DNA from: Candidatus Beckwithbacteria bacterium
Lineage (GTDB): Bacteria > Patescibacteriota > Microgenomatia > UBA1400 > UBA1449
Direction of reading: 5' to 3'
Length of the DNA stretch: 60,216 nt
Assembly: GCA_012797845.1 (NCBI GenBank)
Contig: JAAZOH010000002.1
Location: 1-60,216, forward strand
Made by a program: the position numbers and the translations under genes. Below are positions 26,901 to 36,741 of this stretch, piece after piece (position 1 is the stretch's first letter; every line of letters starts with the position of its first letter). A model generated the notes under the pieces. The model saw only the letters and a list, made by a program, of their open reading frames with translations. It made no database searches and had not been told where the DNA came from.

Positions 26901-27261
26901 CTGCATCCATGCTGGAGTTAAATTCCAGATAAACGATAGAAGCTGAGTCTCGAGAGGTTGATTGATAAGTTTTTAAACCGGACAATCCTTTAATCTTATC
27001 TTCTATAGGAATAGTAACTAAAGATTCTATATCTGCTGGACTAGCCCCAGGTAAAACAGTAGTTACCACCACAACCGGAATATTGATTTTAGGATAAAGG
27101 GTTCTGGCTAAATTAGCAAAACTATAGCCACCGAGCAGAACTACTGCCAGGACCAATAAAATGAGTAGTCTAGGGTTTTTAAAATAACTGGCAATACTCA
27201 TCTCTTCCAGTTTTTTATGGAATTGTAAGTTTTTAAGATATGTAGAAGTACTATCTTTCAT
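23926..27261 (-). CDS. RND efflux transporter permease (AcrB/SwrC-like)
   Basis: PGASP..IE..VT..IE, ALGLLIDDTIVV, FLPL..GIIGEF, GIVVKNSIL, RL..I.LT motifs. Confidence 0.95.
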   Translation of the reverse strand: MKDSTSTYLKNLQFHKKLEEMSIASYFKNPRLLILLVLAVVLLGGYSFANLARTLYPKINIPVVVVTTVLPGASPADIESLVTIPIEDKIKGLSGLKTYQSTSRDSASIVYLEFNSSMDADKVKTDVQSAIDEVTNLPSDTQAPQVVKYDYENQPVWTFALIGKGDSASLIRFSKNLENRIKALSAVDKVETTGLEEQEIQIDIRPEAITSYKLNPLSIAQSVQAALNAIPAGTVNTDQLSFSVNIDQGITSIDDFRQLRITIDNNNVALGDIAVISERSKPEQIQSFYITPEDKKAHSAVTFNVYRNDNFTINQSVEDVNTAVQEELSKYSGQFSIVSTFDQADEVNEQFNRLMHDLIFTIILIVATLFTFVGLRQALVASIAVPLSFLITFIVMKFTGLTLNTVSFLSLLLALGLLIDDTIVVISAMTMYYRTGKFTPYQTALLVWKDFLIAIITTTLTTIFAFLPLLVSTGIIGEFIKPMPIVVSSSLAASFIVAMFITMPFMAIILKPNFPPRVKTFFNIILPLGVIGTFSYFFHQSPLFLWQLLALVVFMLIAYLTRPVLLPLCQNWLKTKSSKSKINISKLNSGLISFETITEKYKHLIASIIAFKGRREKIIFIILAFCLFCYSLAGFGFLESEYFPKTDQTVVYLNLELPEGTNLESTKKEALSLMPKILKDTPEVSFISLDLGKIYTSGVNFTGTGNNKAFFTVNLTPKEDRGISSAEIANGLRKSFTNYSKGKLAIVEKASGPPSGGDVEISFYGDDLAQLDQYAQKTSEFLKTQNGIADVNISIKTGTSKITFVPDKTKMQQYGLSNSTVGFWLRIFASGYSAGDIRLNQESDETEDITIRLQSGIQTPEEISKLYIPTSLGYIPLSELGSLQLKSNPSLILREDGARTISVSASITKGYSISDVNQNLSDYVKTNFSFPDNYSWTIGGVTEDNQKSTQSIMQAMIIAIILITLTMIVQFKSFRKALIVITIIPLSIAGVLLVFSLIKIPMSFPAMIGTLALFGIVVKNSILVVDKITLNLETGMPYTEAIIDGAASRLEAIALTSIAAILGLVPITISDPLWRGVGSAIISGLSFSGIIILFFIPTVYYFIFEKDTSHK

Positions 27262-28690
27262 ACTTAATCGTATCGCCGGAAACGACAGTTCTATCTAAAA
27301 TAATAACGTCGCCATCTTTTAAGCCTTTACTAATTTCTACAAATCTACCAAAAACATTGCCAAGCTTGACGTTGCGGTACTCCACTTTATCCCCTACAGC
27401 CACATATAAAACTGTTTCTGTTTGGGTTTGAGAAACTGCATCAATGGGAACATATGGAATAGCGCTGCCTGTATCCGGATAGCCAATAGGAATAGAAACT
27501 GACAAATATTGACCATCAGTCACACTACTACAATATTCATTTGGCAAGTTATAAAAGACCGTGTATAGCTGACCGTCAGTAGCTTCTTTAGAGATGTAAG
27601 AGGGATATAGTGAAACTTGTTGATTGCCAATGGTAAAAATTGATGGCTCCATTTGAGAAACCGATTTAGCCAAAGAATCTGAAAGGCTAATCAGAGCTAC
27701 ATTGTTTTGAACATCTCCCGAAATTAAAGCAATGGGAGTCCCTGCAGCTACAGCTTGGCCTGGCTGGACATACACTTTTTCAATCCGGCCAGAAAATGGA
27801 GCAGCTGGATACATCAAAGATTCAGCAACTTGAGTAATAGCTAAAGATAGCCGACTTACTTCCTTGCTTAAATCCAAGGCTTTTTCCTGTAAATCCAATT
27901 GTCGTAGAGTAACATCTTTGCTGATATTAGAAAGTTGAGCTGGTGGATTATCATCATCTACTTGATACTCAGCAGTACGAATAGCTGATTTGAGCTCATC
28001 AACTCCAGCTAAATATTGGCTTTTTAATATTTTAGTTTCTAAGATCAAAGAATCATTGACCGCATTATCATTATGCTCTTCCAGTGTTTTTATATTGTCA
28101 TTAATAATGTTGAGAATATCTTCATTCGTAGATAATTGATCTTTTAAATCAGTTAGAGTTTGATCAGCTAAAGAACGTAACTCATCGGAGTTCTCATCAC
28201 TTTTATTAGCTAAATCACGTTGCTTAGCGATAATTTCTTTTTGAGTATCATACGTTGCATTGATGTGATCGTACTGTGTTTGAGCAAGCTGGCGTTGCAA
28301 AGAAGCGACACTAGCTCCCTGATAATTACTGGATAAAGCAATGAGCCAAGTACCTTTACTGACCGACTCACCTTCTTGATGGTAAATATTTTGAACTATA
28401 CCTCCAGATTGAGCTACAACTGTTAGCACTCCCTTTTTGTCGACTTTAGCTTGAAAGTTTAAACGAGGAGCTTTACCAACATGATAGACAGAAACTGTTT
28501 TAGTCTGAGCTGATTTGACTGGCTCTTCTTCTGAACGGTTAAGATAACTGCTGCCAATGACCAGTAATAATAAAATTAAAAGCGTAGAAAAAAAAGCAGG
28601 AATAGAATGTTTTACAATAGTGTTCTTGAAAGCACTGGCTGTTTGCTTTAAAAATAAAGATGGGTTATGTAAAAAAGATTTCTTTTTCAT
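27251..28690 (-). CDS. RND membrane fusion / adaptor protein (HlyD family) with long coiled coil
   Basis: N-terminal TM, lipoyl-like GIVQ..EGESV, APFSGRI, VP.DAV, VEI.KGL..GD. Confidence 0.9.
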   Translation of the reverse strand: MKKKSFLHNPSLFLKQTASAFKNTIVKHSIPAFFSTLLILLLLVIGSSYLNRSEEEPVKSAQTKTVSVYHVGKAPRLNFQAKVDKKGVLTVVAQSGGIVQNIYHQEGESVSKGTWLIALSSNYQGASVASLQRQLAQTQYDHINATYDTQKEIIAKQRDLANKSDENSDELRSLADQTLTDLKDQLSTNEDILNIINDNIKTLEEHNDNAVNDSLILETKILKSQYLAGVDELKSAIRTAEYQVDDDNPPAQLSNISKDVTLRQLDLQEKALDLSKEVSRLSLAITQVAESLMYPAAPFSGRIEKVYVQPGQAVAAGTPIALISGDVQNNVALISLSDSLAKSVSQMEPSIFTIGNQQVSLYPSYISKEATDGQLYTVFYNLPNEYCSSVTDGQYLSVSIPIGYPDTGSAIPYVPIDAVSQTQTETVLYVAVGDKVEYRNVKLGNVFGRFVEISKGLKDGDVIILDRTVVSGDTIKYER

Positions 28691-28768
28691 AGTGATTTAT
28701 TTTTTCATTGACCATTTGGTCAACAAAAAAGGTATAATATAATACTATTAGCAATTTGTCAAATATTT

Positions 28769-29350
28769 ATGCCAAAAACAAAAGCTCAAAACGAAATTAT
28801 CAGAGAGCAATCAAAAGAAAAAATTCTTTACGCTGCTTTAAAAGCTTTTTCCCGTTATGGCTATCACGGTACTACCATGCGGATGATTGCTGTCCAAGCT
28901 AAAATTTCTAAAGGCTTGATTTATAACTATTTTTTGAACAAAAAAGAAATCATGGAATTTCTTTTGGAACAGAGAATTGCCCAAATCAAAAAAATTTTTA
29001 ATCAGGAAATTGTAGGCACTCCGGAAGAACGGATCAACTTTGCTATAAGGGAATTTTGTGACAATATTGTAAAAAATAAAGGTGTAATCCGTTTGCTTAT
29101 TTCTATCTTTTTACAACCCGGGGTACGCCTAGCTTTTAACCAAGAAAAAAAATTTGAGCATAAATTACTTAAAGATTTTGATGCTTACTTTGAAGATGTG
29201 AGAAGAAAACTGGATCACAGTCAAAAGAAGTGGACCAAAGAAACCATTACAATTATGTTTTATGGATTGGTAATGACGTATCTTTTAGACGAAGATGAGC
29301 TCAAATTTAGAACTGCCTCCAGAGAATTGTTTAATTTGGTTTTTAAATAA
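28769..29350 (+). CDS. TetR/AcrR family transcriptional regulator
   Basis: ILYAALKAFSRYGYHGTTMRMIA..AKISKGLIYNYF; divergent from the efflux operon. Confidence 0.93.
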   Translation: MPKTKAQNEIIREQSKEKILYAALKAFSRYGYHGTTMRMIAVQAKISKGLIYNYFLNKKEIMEFLLEQRIAQIKKIFNQEIVGTPEERINFAIREFCDNIVKNKGVIRLLISIFLQPGVRLAFNQEKKFEHKLLKDFDAYFEDVRRKLDHSQKKWTKETITIMFYGLVMTYLLDEDELKFRTASRELFNLVFK

Positions 29351-29631
29351 AGTTTATCAGTATTTATTGATCAATTTTTCAATTTGCAAATTATTTTAGT
29401 ATTTCTGTGCTATAATACCTCATAATTAAAAATCCGAGTAATTAAGCATTTTTTTTGCTTCGACTGATTTAAAATAGATAGTTTGGATCAATTCCCTATT
29501 CTTCTGTATTCAATAAATTAGTTCATTCCATTTGGAATAGAATTACTCCCCACTTAGAATATTCTAAGTTCAGTTTTGTATAGATTACAACTGTGATATT
29601 TTTATTGCTAGTTTTAATTTGTATATAGTAT

Positions 29632-30822
29632 ATGTATCAAAGATCAAAACGATCGGGTAATTACCGCTTTTCCCAAAGACCCAAATTTAATGGCAATGGT
29701 GGCAAGCGGAATATCAAAACATTTTCCGATATTTCTAAATTTATTCACCGAGCCAGAGATGTAGGCCAAAATGAGATTTATCAGCCCAAAACCAATTTTG
29801 AAAACTTAGCTATTGATGAAAGCTTAAAAGCTAATATTTCTAAAAAAGGGTATACCCTACCAACGCCAATTCAAGATGAAACTATCACTCACATTTTAGC
29901 TGGCAAGGACCTACTGGGAATTGCCAATACTGGTACCGGTAAAACCGGTGCCTTCCTGATTCCCTTACTCAATAAAGTCTTGCAAAATCCCAGTGAACAA
30001 GTGCTTATTATGGCTCCAACCAGAGAACTAGCTTTACAAATCCAACATGAATTTTTTAGTCTCAGTAGTCAGACTGGCATTAGTTCAGTGCTTTGTATTG
30101 GTGGAACCAGTATGTACCAGCAAAAAGATAATCTGAGCAGAAAATATAACTTTGTGATTGGAACTCCGGGAAGGCTAAAAGACCTAATCAACCAAAGGGC
30201 CTTACATATTTCCAGTTTCGGCTCAGTGGTTTTGGATGAAGTTGACCGGATGCTTGATATGGGATTTATTCATGATATTAAAACAATTCTTAGCTCCTTA
30301 CCAAGCCAGAGACAAACTTTGTTTTTTTCAGCTACGGCTTCAGGGGAAATTTTAGAGCTAATTCATGGTTTTTCCAAAGACTTAGTTACAGTTTCGGTTA
30401 AATACACTGATACAGCTGAAACCATTGATCAAGACATTGTTAAATTCAAGGGATCGGAAAACAAATTAGAGGTTTTAAATAACCTGTTGCGTCAAGATGG
30501 TTTTAATAAAGTTTTAATATTTGGTCGGACTAAGCATGGAGTCAGAAAACTATCTGAAAAACTAAACTACAGTGGTTTTCGGACCGACTCAATTCATGGC
30601 AATAAATCCCAGCCGCAAAGGGAACGGGCACTACGAAGTTTCCGCCAAAACAGAGTTAATATTTTAGTGGCTACTGATGTAGCTGCCAGAGGCTTGGATA
30701 TTGACGGGGTTACTCATGTGATCAATTATGATCTGCCTGAGAGCTATGAAAACTATATCCATCGAATTGGCCGGACCGGGCGGGCCAACCATCAAGGCAA
30801 AGCCTTAACGTTCGTTGAATAA
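29632..30822 (+). CDS. DEAD-box RNA helicase (RhlE/CshA-like)
   Basis: PTPIQ, ANTGTGKT, PTRELALQ, DEVD, SAT, ATDVAARGLD, HRIGRTGRA. Confidence 0.95.
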   Translation: MYQRSKRSGNYRFSQRPKFNGNGGKRNIKTFSDISKFIHRARDVGQNEIYQPKTNFENLAIDESLKANISKKGYTLPTPIQDETITHILAGKDLLGIANTGTGKTGAFLIPLLNKVLQNPSEQVLIMAPTRELALQIQHEFFSLSSQTGISSVLCIGGTSMYQQKDNLSRKYNFVIGTPGRLKDLINQRALHISSFGSVVLDEVDRMLDMGFIHDIKTILSSLPSQRQTLFFSATASGEILELIHGFSKDLVTVSVKYTDTAETIDQDIVKFKGSENKLEVLNNLLRQDGFNKVLIFGRTKHGVRKLSEKLNYSGFRTDSIHGNKSQPQRERALRSFRQNRVNILVATDVAARGLDIDGVTHVINYDLPESYENYIHRIGRTGRANHQGKALTFVE

Positions 30823-30882
30823 AACTTTTTTAATCCTCTAACCCTAATGCAAGACTAACTATATTTACGTTATAGTAAAATC

Positions 30883-32604
30883 ATGCATTGCATGGTTAAG
30901 AATAAAAACGCACTGTATTTAGTAGTAATCTTTCTGGCTACCATTTTTGCGTATAGCAATATTTTTGCAAATCAATTCCTAGGTGATGATTATGACTTTG
31001 TTGTCAATTGGCAAAGCATTCATAATTTTCAAAAAATTCCTCAGCTTTTAAAAGGCGAGGTTCCAGCTGGTAATGAGGGAGTATATCGACCAGTTCGTAG
31101 TTTAGTTTACGTTTTAGTTTATAGCTTAAGTAACGTTAATCCTCTTGGCTATCATATTTTTTCTCTAATAATTCACTTAGCTAGTGTTTTCCTTACTTAT
31201 TTTTTTATTAAAACGTTTTTTAAAAAACCGCTTTTAGCTTTTTTAAGCGCTTTGCTTTTTGCTTTACATCCAATTCACACCGAATCAATTACGTATATAA
31301 CCAGCAGTTTTGATGCTTTTGGATTTATGCTGTTTTTTGGAGCTTTAACAAGTTTTGCTTATTTTTTAAAAAAGAAAAAAGCGTATGTTCTTTATGTAAG
31401 CTATGCCTTGGTTTTTTTGGCTTTTTTTAGTCATGAAATGACTTTGGCTCTGCCTTTACTACTGCTTTTGCTGATTTTTACGTTTAAGAAAAAAGCTGAC
31501 TATAAAATTACAATCCCCTATTTTGTATTGGCAGCTCTATATGGATGTATCAGAATTTTTATTATTCATACTCCAGCCCGTTCTCAATATTTGGCAAACA
31601 GTTTTTATCTCACCTTTTTGGCGGTTATTAAAGCTTTTTGGCTAGCGTTTAAAACCACTTTATTTCCTTATCACTTAACTCTGGATCATCATATTTATCC
31701 AAATTTATTTACTTTTTCTAATTATCAGTTACTAAGTTTGGCAGCCCTTCAACAACACTGGTATCAGCCTGTCTTTTTGTTGAGCTTGGGGTTTCTAGCT
31801 TTATTTTTAGTTACTGTTTTTTATTTTTTCAAAAAAAATCCAATTGTCAGCTTTTCTCTCATCTGGTTTTTTCTGACACTTTTGCCGGTTGCTAATATAG
31901 TTCCCAATTACACTTTGTTTCGGGAAATGTACTTATATATTCCTTCCTTTGGTATTTGTTTAGCTTTAGCGTATTTAGGAACTTACCTACTTAAAAAAAA
32001 TCAGCAACTTGGCATTATTGTAATTAGTGTCGTGATAATTTTATTTGGAATCAGAACTTATTTTAGAAATTTAGATTGGCAAAATGAACTGATGCTTTGG
32101 CAAAAGACAGCTGAAAGTTCTGCTCAAAACCCTATGGTTTTGTATAAATTAGGCTCAGCTTATCAAGCAGCTGGCCAAGCTGATCAGGCTATTGGAGCTT
32201 ATAAATCAGCCCTTATTTTGCAAGATGATATGGGGTTTGTCTATTACAACCTAGGTCTTTTGCATCAGCAGCAAAAGCAAGTTCACATGGCCCTGGGCTA
32301 TTATGAAAAAGCTTGGCATCGCAATACTAAAGAAGCTTTACCGCCACTTATTGATTTATACAATCAAGAAGCTATCAAACAATTTCAAAATGGGGAAGTT
32401 TTAAGTGCTCAGACTTACTTACAAAAAGCTTTAGATTTAGATTTATGTTCTGCTCAAACATTCAATAACTACGGCTCAATTGTAGCTAGTCAAGGTGACT
32501 ACTTTAAAGCTAAAGTATTATTTGAGCAAGCTTTAAACTGTGATCCTAACTTTACCCAAGCTCAGGAAAATTTAGAAAAACTTGAAATGAAAAAACCTTT
32601 TTGA
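30883..32604 (+). CDS. TMTC-like GT-C glycosyltransferase with C-terminal TPRs
   Basis: F.GDD, YRP, LFALHPIHTES, Y.YIPS, RN.DWQNE..LW, TPR repeats. Confidence 0.88.
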   Translation: MHCMVKNKNALYLVVIFLATIFAYSNIFANQFLGDDYDFVVNWQSIHNFQKIPQLLKGEVPAGNEGVYRPVRSLVYVLVYSLSNVNPLGYHIFSLIIHLASVFLTYFFIKTFFKKPLLAFLSALLFALHPIHTESITYITSSFDAFGFMLFFGALTSFAYFLKKKKAYVLYVSYALVFLAFFSHEMTLALPLLLLLLIFTFKKKADYKITIPYFVLAALYGCIRIFIIHTPARSQYLANSFYLTFLAVIKAFWLAFKTTLFPYHLTLDHHIYPNLFTFSNYQLLSLAALQQHWYQPVFLLSLGFLALFLVTVFYFFKKNPIVSFSLIWFFLTLLPVANIVPNYTLFREMYLYIPSFGICLALAYLGTYLLKKNQQLGIIVISVVIILFGIRTYFRNLDWQNELMLWQKTAESSAQNPMVLYKLGSAYQAAGQADQAIGAYKSALILQDDMGFVYYNLGLLHQQQKQVHMALGYYEKAWHRNTKEALPPLIDLYNQEAIKQFQNGEVLSAQTYLQKALDLDLCSAQTFNNYGSIVASQGDYFKAKVLFEQALNCDPNFTQAQENLEKLEMKKPF

Positions 32605-34230
32605 ACATAGCATCCAACCAACTATGACCAGCGAACAAAGGCTGATAATATTACCCAAATCTCTTACAAAACTATTTTCAAATTTGACCTGAATGTGTTG
32701 TGTCCCCTTATCTACTGAAAAGGTAATTAATCCGTATTTTCCACTAGCTTTAATGAGTGTTTTAGTCTCATCAATATATACATTCCAACCTGGAAAATAA
32801 TATTTGGCTATAGTTATAGTTCCGGCATTACCTTTTTTAGTAAAAGAAATAAGGCGTTGATCAGGAGAGCTTTGCAGATTAGTAATCTGCATATCCTGTT
32901 TGCCATAATCAATTAAAGCCAATTTCTTAACCTTGGGTAAACACTGTTTAGTCCAGATTGGTAAATATTCATTTTGCCAAGTGGTGGTTGGACAGAGGCC
33001 TTCAGCGCGGTAAACCGAAGCATAGTTATAACCAACTGGCTTGAAATAATCCTGATGAAGTAAAAAAACAGAAACAATAAGCACTAACGGTAAACCATAT
33101 TTTAAAACAGTAGATTTGAAATTCTTGGCCAGCAAAATGATCAAAATAATTGCAAAAACCGTGGTCACCGTCAAAAACCGGTAAGGAAACTGCATAAAAC
33201 GAAGGTAAGGAATCAAATCCCAAAGAAACTGGCTTTGAGCTGAAATAAAAAATAAAGAAGTAAGAAAAGTAGTAATAGCAAAAATAACTAGCTGTTTATC
33301 ACCTTGGTATTTGTTGTGCATAAGCTTATAACCTAAAACCAGACAAGCTATAAATCCGCCGATAAATAAGTTTATGCCCAGAAGTGGAGGTAAAATCCCC
33401 CACCCACTTGGCGTTAAACCAGCTAGTTGTAGTGGTTCTAAAAAAGCAGCTTTATAGGCAGTGTGGCCAAATTCGGTTTGGCTATAAATAGTAAATTGTT
33501 GCTCATAGATGGCTGGCAAGAAAAAATAGGCTGCCAGACCAATCCCAAAAAAACCAGCCAAAACACAAGTGATAATAAAGTTTTTATTTTTTAAGTTTAA
33601 AAGCAGAAAAATTCCAAGACAGAAAGAACAAGCTAGACCGATAATAGTATGAGCTAAAATGATGGCTGCCCAAAAACAACTTACCATCAAAAAATAGATT
33701 TTGCTTTGTTTTGCTTTTAAATTAAATAAGGCCCAAAAAAACCAAGGCAGTAAGATAAAACTACTTAGCTCAGCTAAAGCTCCCCGATGAAATAAATCAT
33801 AGTTTAGATAGGTTGAAGTGATAAATAATATGCTTCCTAAAACAGCTAACCATTGGTTTTTATCAGTAATTTTAAAAACTAAAAGAAACATACCAACAGC
33901 CCCAATGAGATAGGCAAATAAAAACAATAGCTTAACTACCTGAAATAAAGTTAACCCCAGTAGATGTAGGCCAGCTCCGGTGTAATAAATAAGTTGAGAA
34001 TTAAAGTTAAACAATAAATAACCACCACCATTGGCTAGTTGATCAATATAGCGCACTGGAAATTGGCTAGCTTGCAAAGCCTGGGTCATCAAATCTATCC
34101 TAACTACCTGAACATCATCATGGGTAATAAATAAGCCAGCATGAAAAATTGGTTTGGCTAAAAAAGCAATTACTGCTAGTAGGATCACATATGGGAGTAG
34201 ATTATAAAAATAGTTAAATATTTTACTCAT
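32572..34230 (-). CDS. GT-C-fold membrane protein (6-pyruvoyl-tetrahydropterin synthase-related / YfhO-like)
   Basis: THDD, FPVRY..GGGY.LFNF, RGALAE, QFPYRFL, EYLP, YFPGW.V.ID. Confidence 0.85.
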   Translation of the reverse strand: MSKIFNYFYNLLPYVILLAVIAFLAKPIFHAGLFITHDDVQVVRIDLMTQALQASQFPVRYIDQLANGGGYLLFNFNSQLIYYTGAGLHLLGLTLFQVVKLLFLFAYLIGAVGMFLLVFKITDKNQWLAVLGSILFITSTYLNYDLFHRGALAELSSFILLPWFFWALFNLKAKQSKIYFLMVSCFWAAIILAHTIIGLACSFCLGIFLLLNLKNKNFIITCVLAGFFGIGLAAYFFLPAIYEQQFTIYSQTEFGHTAYKAAFLEPLQLAGLTPSGWGILPPLLGINLFIGGFIACLVLGYKLMHNKYQGDKQLVIFAITTFLTSLFFISAQSQFLWDLIPYLRFMQFPYRFLTVTTVFAIILIILLAKNFKSTVLKYGLPLVLIVSVFLLHQDYFKPVGYNYASVYRAEGLCPTTTWQNEYLPIWTKQCLPKVKKLALIDYGKQDMQITNLQSSPDQRLISFTKKGNAGTITIAKYYFPGWNVYIDETKTLIKASGKYGLITFSVDKGTQHIQVKFENSFVRDLGNIISLCSLVIVGWMLCSKRFFHFKFF

Positions 34231-34307
34231 ATATAATTACAATTATGGTAACATAAAATTATTGAAATAATGTTACTATACTGGTACATACTATCTATTT
34301 TTCTATT

Positions 34308-35774
34308 ATGAAAACTAAAAAATTTACCATTCTCCATAGTAATGACATGCATGGTGATTTTCTAGCAGAAGTTTCAGGCCAAAAAGGCGAACTCATTGGT
34401 GGCTTAGCTTTGTTATCTGGCTATATTAATAAAGTCCGAAGCGAAGAAGAAAACGTCCTCTACGTCATTTCTGGAGACATGGTTCAAGGTTCTTTGATTG
34501 ATGCTGAGTATAAAGGTATTTCCACCATGGAGATTATGAACTATCTAGCTCCTGATGTAGTAGCGCTGGGTAATCATGAGTTTGACTATGGCCTACCCCA
34601 CTTGCTTTTTTTGGAAAAAATGGCTAACTTCCCAATTGTAAACGCCAACCTTTATATTAAAAAATATATGCGGCGGCTGATGCAACCATATAAAATTATC
34701 AATAAAGCTGGTTTCGACATTCTCTTTACTGGTATTATCACGGAAAAAATCATGGATGCTTTAGCTATGGACAAGCTGGTTGGTAGTTTTGTAACCTTGG
34801 AAGAAGCTAGTAGTGAAGTTGGGAAAATTTGTGATGCCTATAAAAAAGATGATATTGATCTGACTATTCTATTAACTCATATTGGTTTTGACTCAGATAT
34901 AGCTTTAGCTAAAATGCTCAAACGTGAATGGGGAGTGGATATGATTATCGGGGGCCACTCACATACAGTTTTAGATCATCCTAAAAAAGTCAATAAAATT
35001 TTGATAGCTCAAGCTGGAGTTGGAACCAATCAGATTGGCCGCTTTGATATTGAAGTAGATGATGAGACTAATAGTATTATCAAGTATACATGGCAGCTGA
35101 TTCCGATTAATAATAAACTGGCTAAACCAGACCAAAACCTGCTTGATTATATTAATGATTACAAAAAGAAAGTCGATCAAAAATATAGCGCTTTGGTTTG
35201 TAAATTGGCCCGAAAACTGACTCATCCGAAGCGAGAAATTGAAACTTCACTTGGTAATTTAATAGCTGATATTTTTGCCCAAAATGCGGAATGCGATGTC
35301 ATGTTTGTGGGTTCTGGTTCAATCAGAGTGGCTGAGCTTGGACCAATGGTCAGCCTTGGTGATCTAAGAGCCTGCTTTCCTTATGATGACAGCTTGCACC
35401 GTTTTAGTGTAAGTGGAGAGGAGCTGAAAAAAGTTTTTGCTCACATTATGCGACCCACTAACCGTGATGGTGAGGGTGAATGTTACCAAGTCAATGTTGG
35501 AGTTGAAGCTATTTATAGTGATGCCAAGCAGCAGCTTATTGGCCTGAAAATTGCTGATCAAACTGTTTTAGACACTAAACTATACAAAATTGCCATGCAG
35601 GGCTATCACTACAATAATGCTAGTACCTACTTAGGCATTGATAAAAAATATATCCAAACCTTACCGGATCACAAAGTAGTAGCGAGCTCGGCCCAAGCAG
35701 TACTTGAAGAATACTTGCGAAACCATCAGAATATTGATAGTCAGGTTGAAAATCGGTTGATTTATAAAAAATAA
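34308..35774 (+). CDS. bifunctional metallophosphatase / 5'-nucleotidase
   Basis: HSNDMHG, GD..QGS, LGNHEFDYG, LTHIG, GGHSH. No signal peptide. Confidence 0.92.
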   Translation: MKTKKFTILHSNDMHGDFLAEVSGQKGELIGGLALLSGYINKVRSEEENVLYVISGDMVQGSLIDAEYKGISTMEIMNYLAPDVVALGNHEFDYGLPHLLFLEKMANFPIVNANLYIKKYMRRLMQPYKIINKAGFDILFTGIITEKIMDALAMDKLVGSFVTLEEASSEVGKICDAYKKDDIDLTILLTHIGFDSDIALAKMLKREWGVDMIIGGHSHTVLDHPKKVNKILIAQAGVGTNQIGRFDIEVDDETNSIIKYTWQLIPINNKLAKPDQNLLDYINDYKKKVDQKYSALVCKLARKLTHPKREIETSLGNLIADIFAQNAECDVMFVGSGSIRVAELGPMVSLGDLRACFPYDDSLHRFSVSGEELKKVFAHIMRPTNRDGEGECYQVNVGVEAIYSDAKQQLIGLKIADQTVLDTKLYKIAMQGYHYNNASTYLGIDKKYIQTLPDHKVVASSAQAVLEEYLRNHQNIDSQVENRLIYKK

Positions 35775-35790
35775 TACACTCTTTTCTAAA

Positions 35791-36243
35791 ATGCTAAAAA
35801 AGATATTTAAAATTATCAAAATTATTTTCCTAGTTTTACTGCTAATTTTGATGCTTTTAATTATGGCTTGGCAGATTGATCGGAATTTTTATCACCCATA
35901 TCTGCCTGATCTTGAAACTCAAATTCACAAAGATGTGACTACCACTAAAATCGCAATCCCCAAAGATGAACAAAGTTGTCTGGCCCAAAATGGCACCTGG
36001 AAAAAAATGGGGATCAGGCCTGTAGCTTCCTGTAATTTACCAACCCAAGATGGTGGTAAAAGTTGCACTAGCAGTGATAACTGTGAAGGAGTCTGCTTAG
36101 CCGATTTGACTAATGAAGAATTGCGAGAAGGAATGAAAGGCCGGCTTTTTAAAACTGATGGCCAATGCTCAGATTGGCTGATAGTTTTGGGTTGCAAGGC
36201 TTATGTGTATAAAGGCTGGGCCCAAGTTGTCTGTTCTGATTAA
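35791..36243 (+). CDS. membrane-anchored Cys-rich hypothetical protein
   Basis: TM helix, then C..GTW..C..TQDGGKSC..C.G.C...GQC...GC. Confidence 0.7.
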   Translation: MLKKIFKIIKIIFLVLLLILMLLIMAWQIDRNFYHPYLPDLETQIHKDVTTTKIAIPKDEQSCLAQNGTWKKMGIRPVASCNLPTQDGGKSCTSSDNCEGVCLADLTNEELREGMKGRLFKTDGQCSDWLIVLGCKAYVYKGWAQVVCSD

Positions 36244-36248
36244 AATGT

Positions 36249-36740
36249 ATGAAAAAAATTATTTTACTATTCTTATTTTTACTAGTTTTAGCTAGTTGTA
36301 ATGAAAAAAAAGATGAGCAGCGGGCTAAAGGCATTTCCGAGTCGCAGTTTCAATACAACTTTAAGACACTTAAACAAGCCCTTGATCAAGGGTATGGACT
36401 GGAATGTGTTTACGCAGATGAGTCTGGTACTAAAATCAAAGCTTTTATTCAAGGTACTTCTGTTAAAACTATGGGAATGGAACCAGAAGATCAAGCTTAC
36501 AAAATGCTAGCCAAAGGTCAAAATATGTGGACCTGGGATGAAAATAAACAAGTTGGCAGTTTGACTAATCTGAGTAATTTAAATAAAGATAATGACATTA
36601 CCATGAATGGTAAATCAATCAGGAGTTCAGAAGATGTGATTGCAGTAATCGAGGCCAATCGACAATCTTGTGCCACTAAAACTTTTTCGACTGCCGAATT
36701 TAAAGTGCCAGCCAATATAAACATAGTTAGTGAGGAATAA
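36249..36740 (+). CDS. putative lipoprotein
   Basis: LVLASC lipobox. Confidence 0.75.
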   Translation: MKKIILLFLFLLVLASCNEKKDEQRAKGISESQFQYNFKTLKQALDQGYGLECVYADESGTKIKAFIQGTSVKTMGMEPEDQAYKMLAKGQNMWTWDENKQVGSLTNLSNLNKDNDITMNGKSIRSSEDVIAVIEANRQSCATKTFSTAEFKVPANINIVSEE

Positions 36741-36741
36741 T

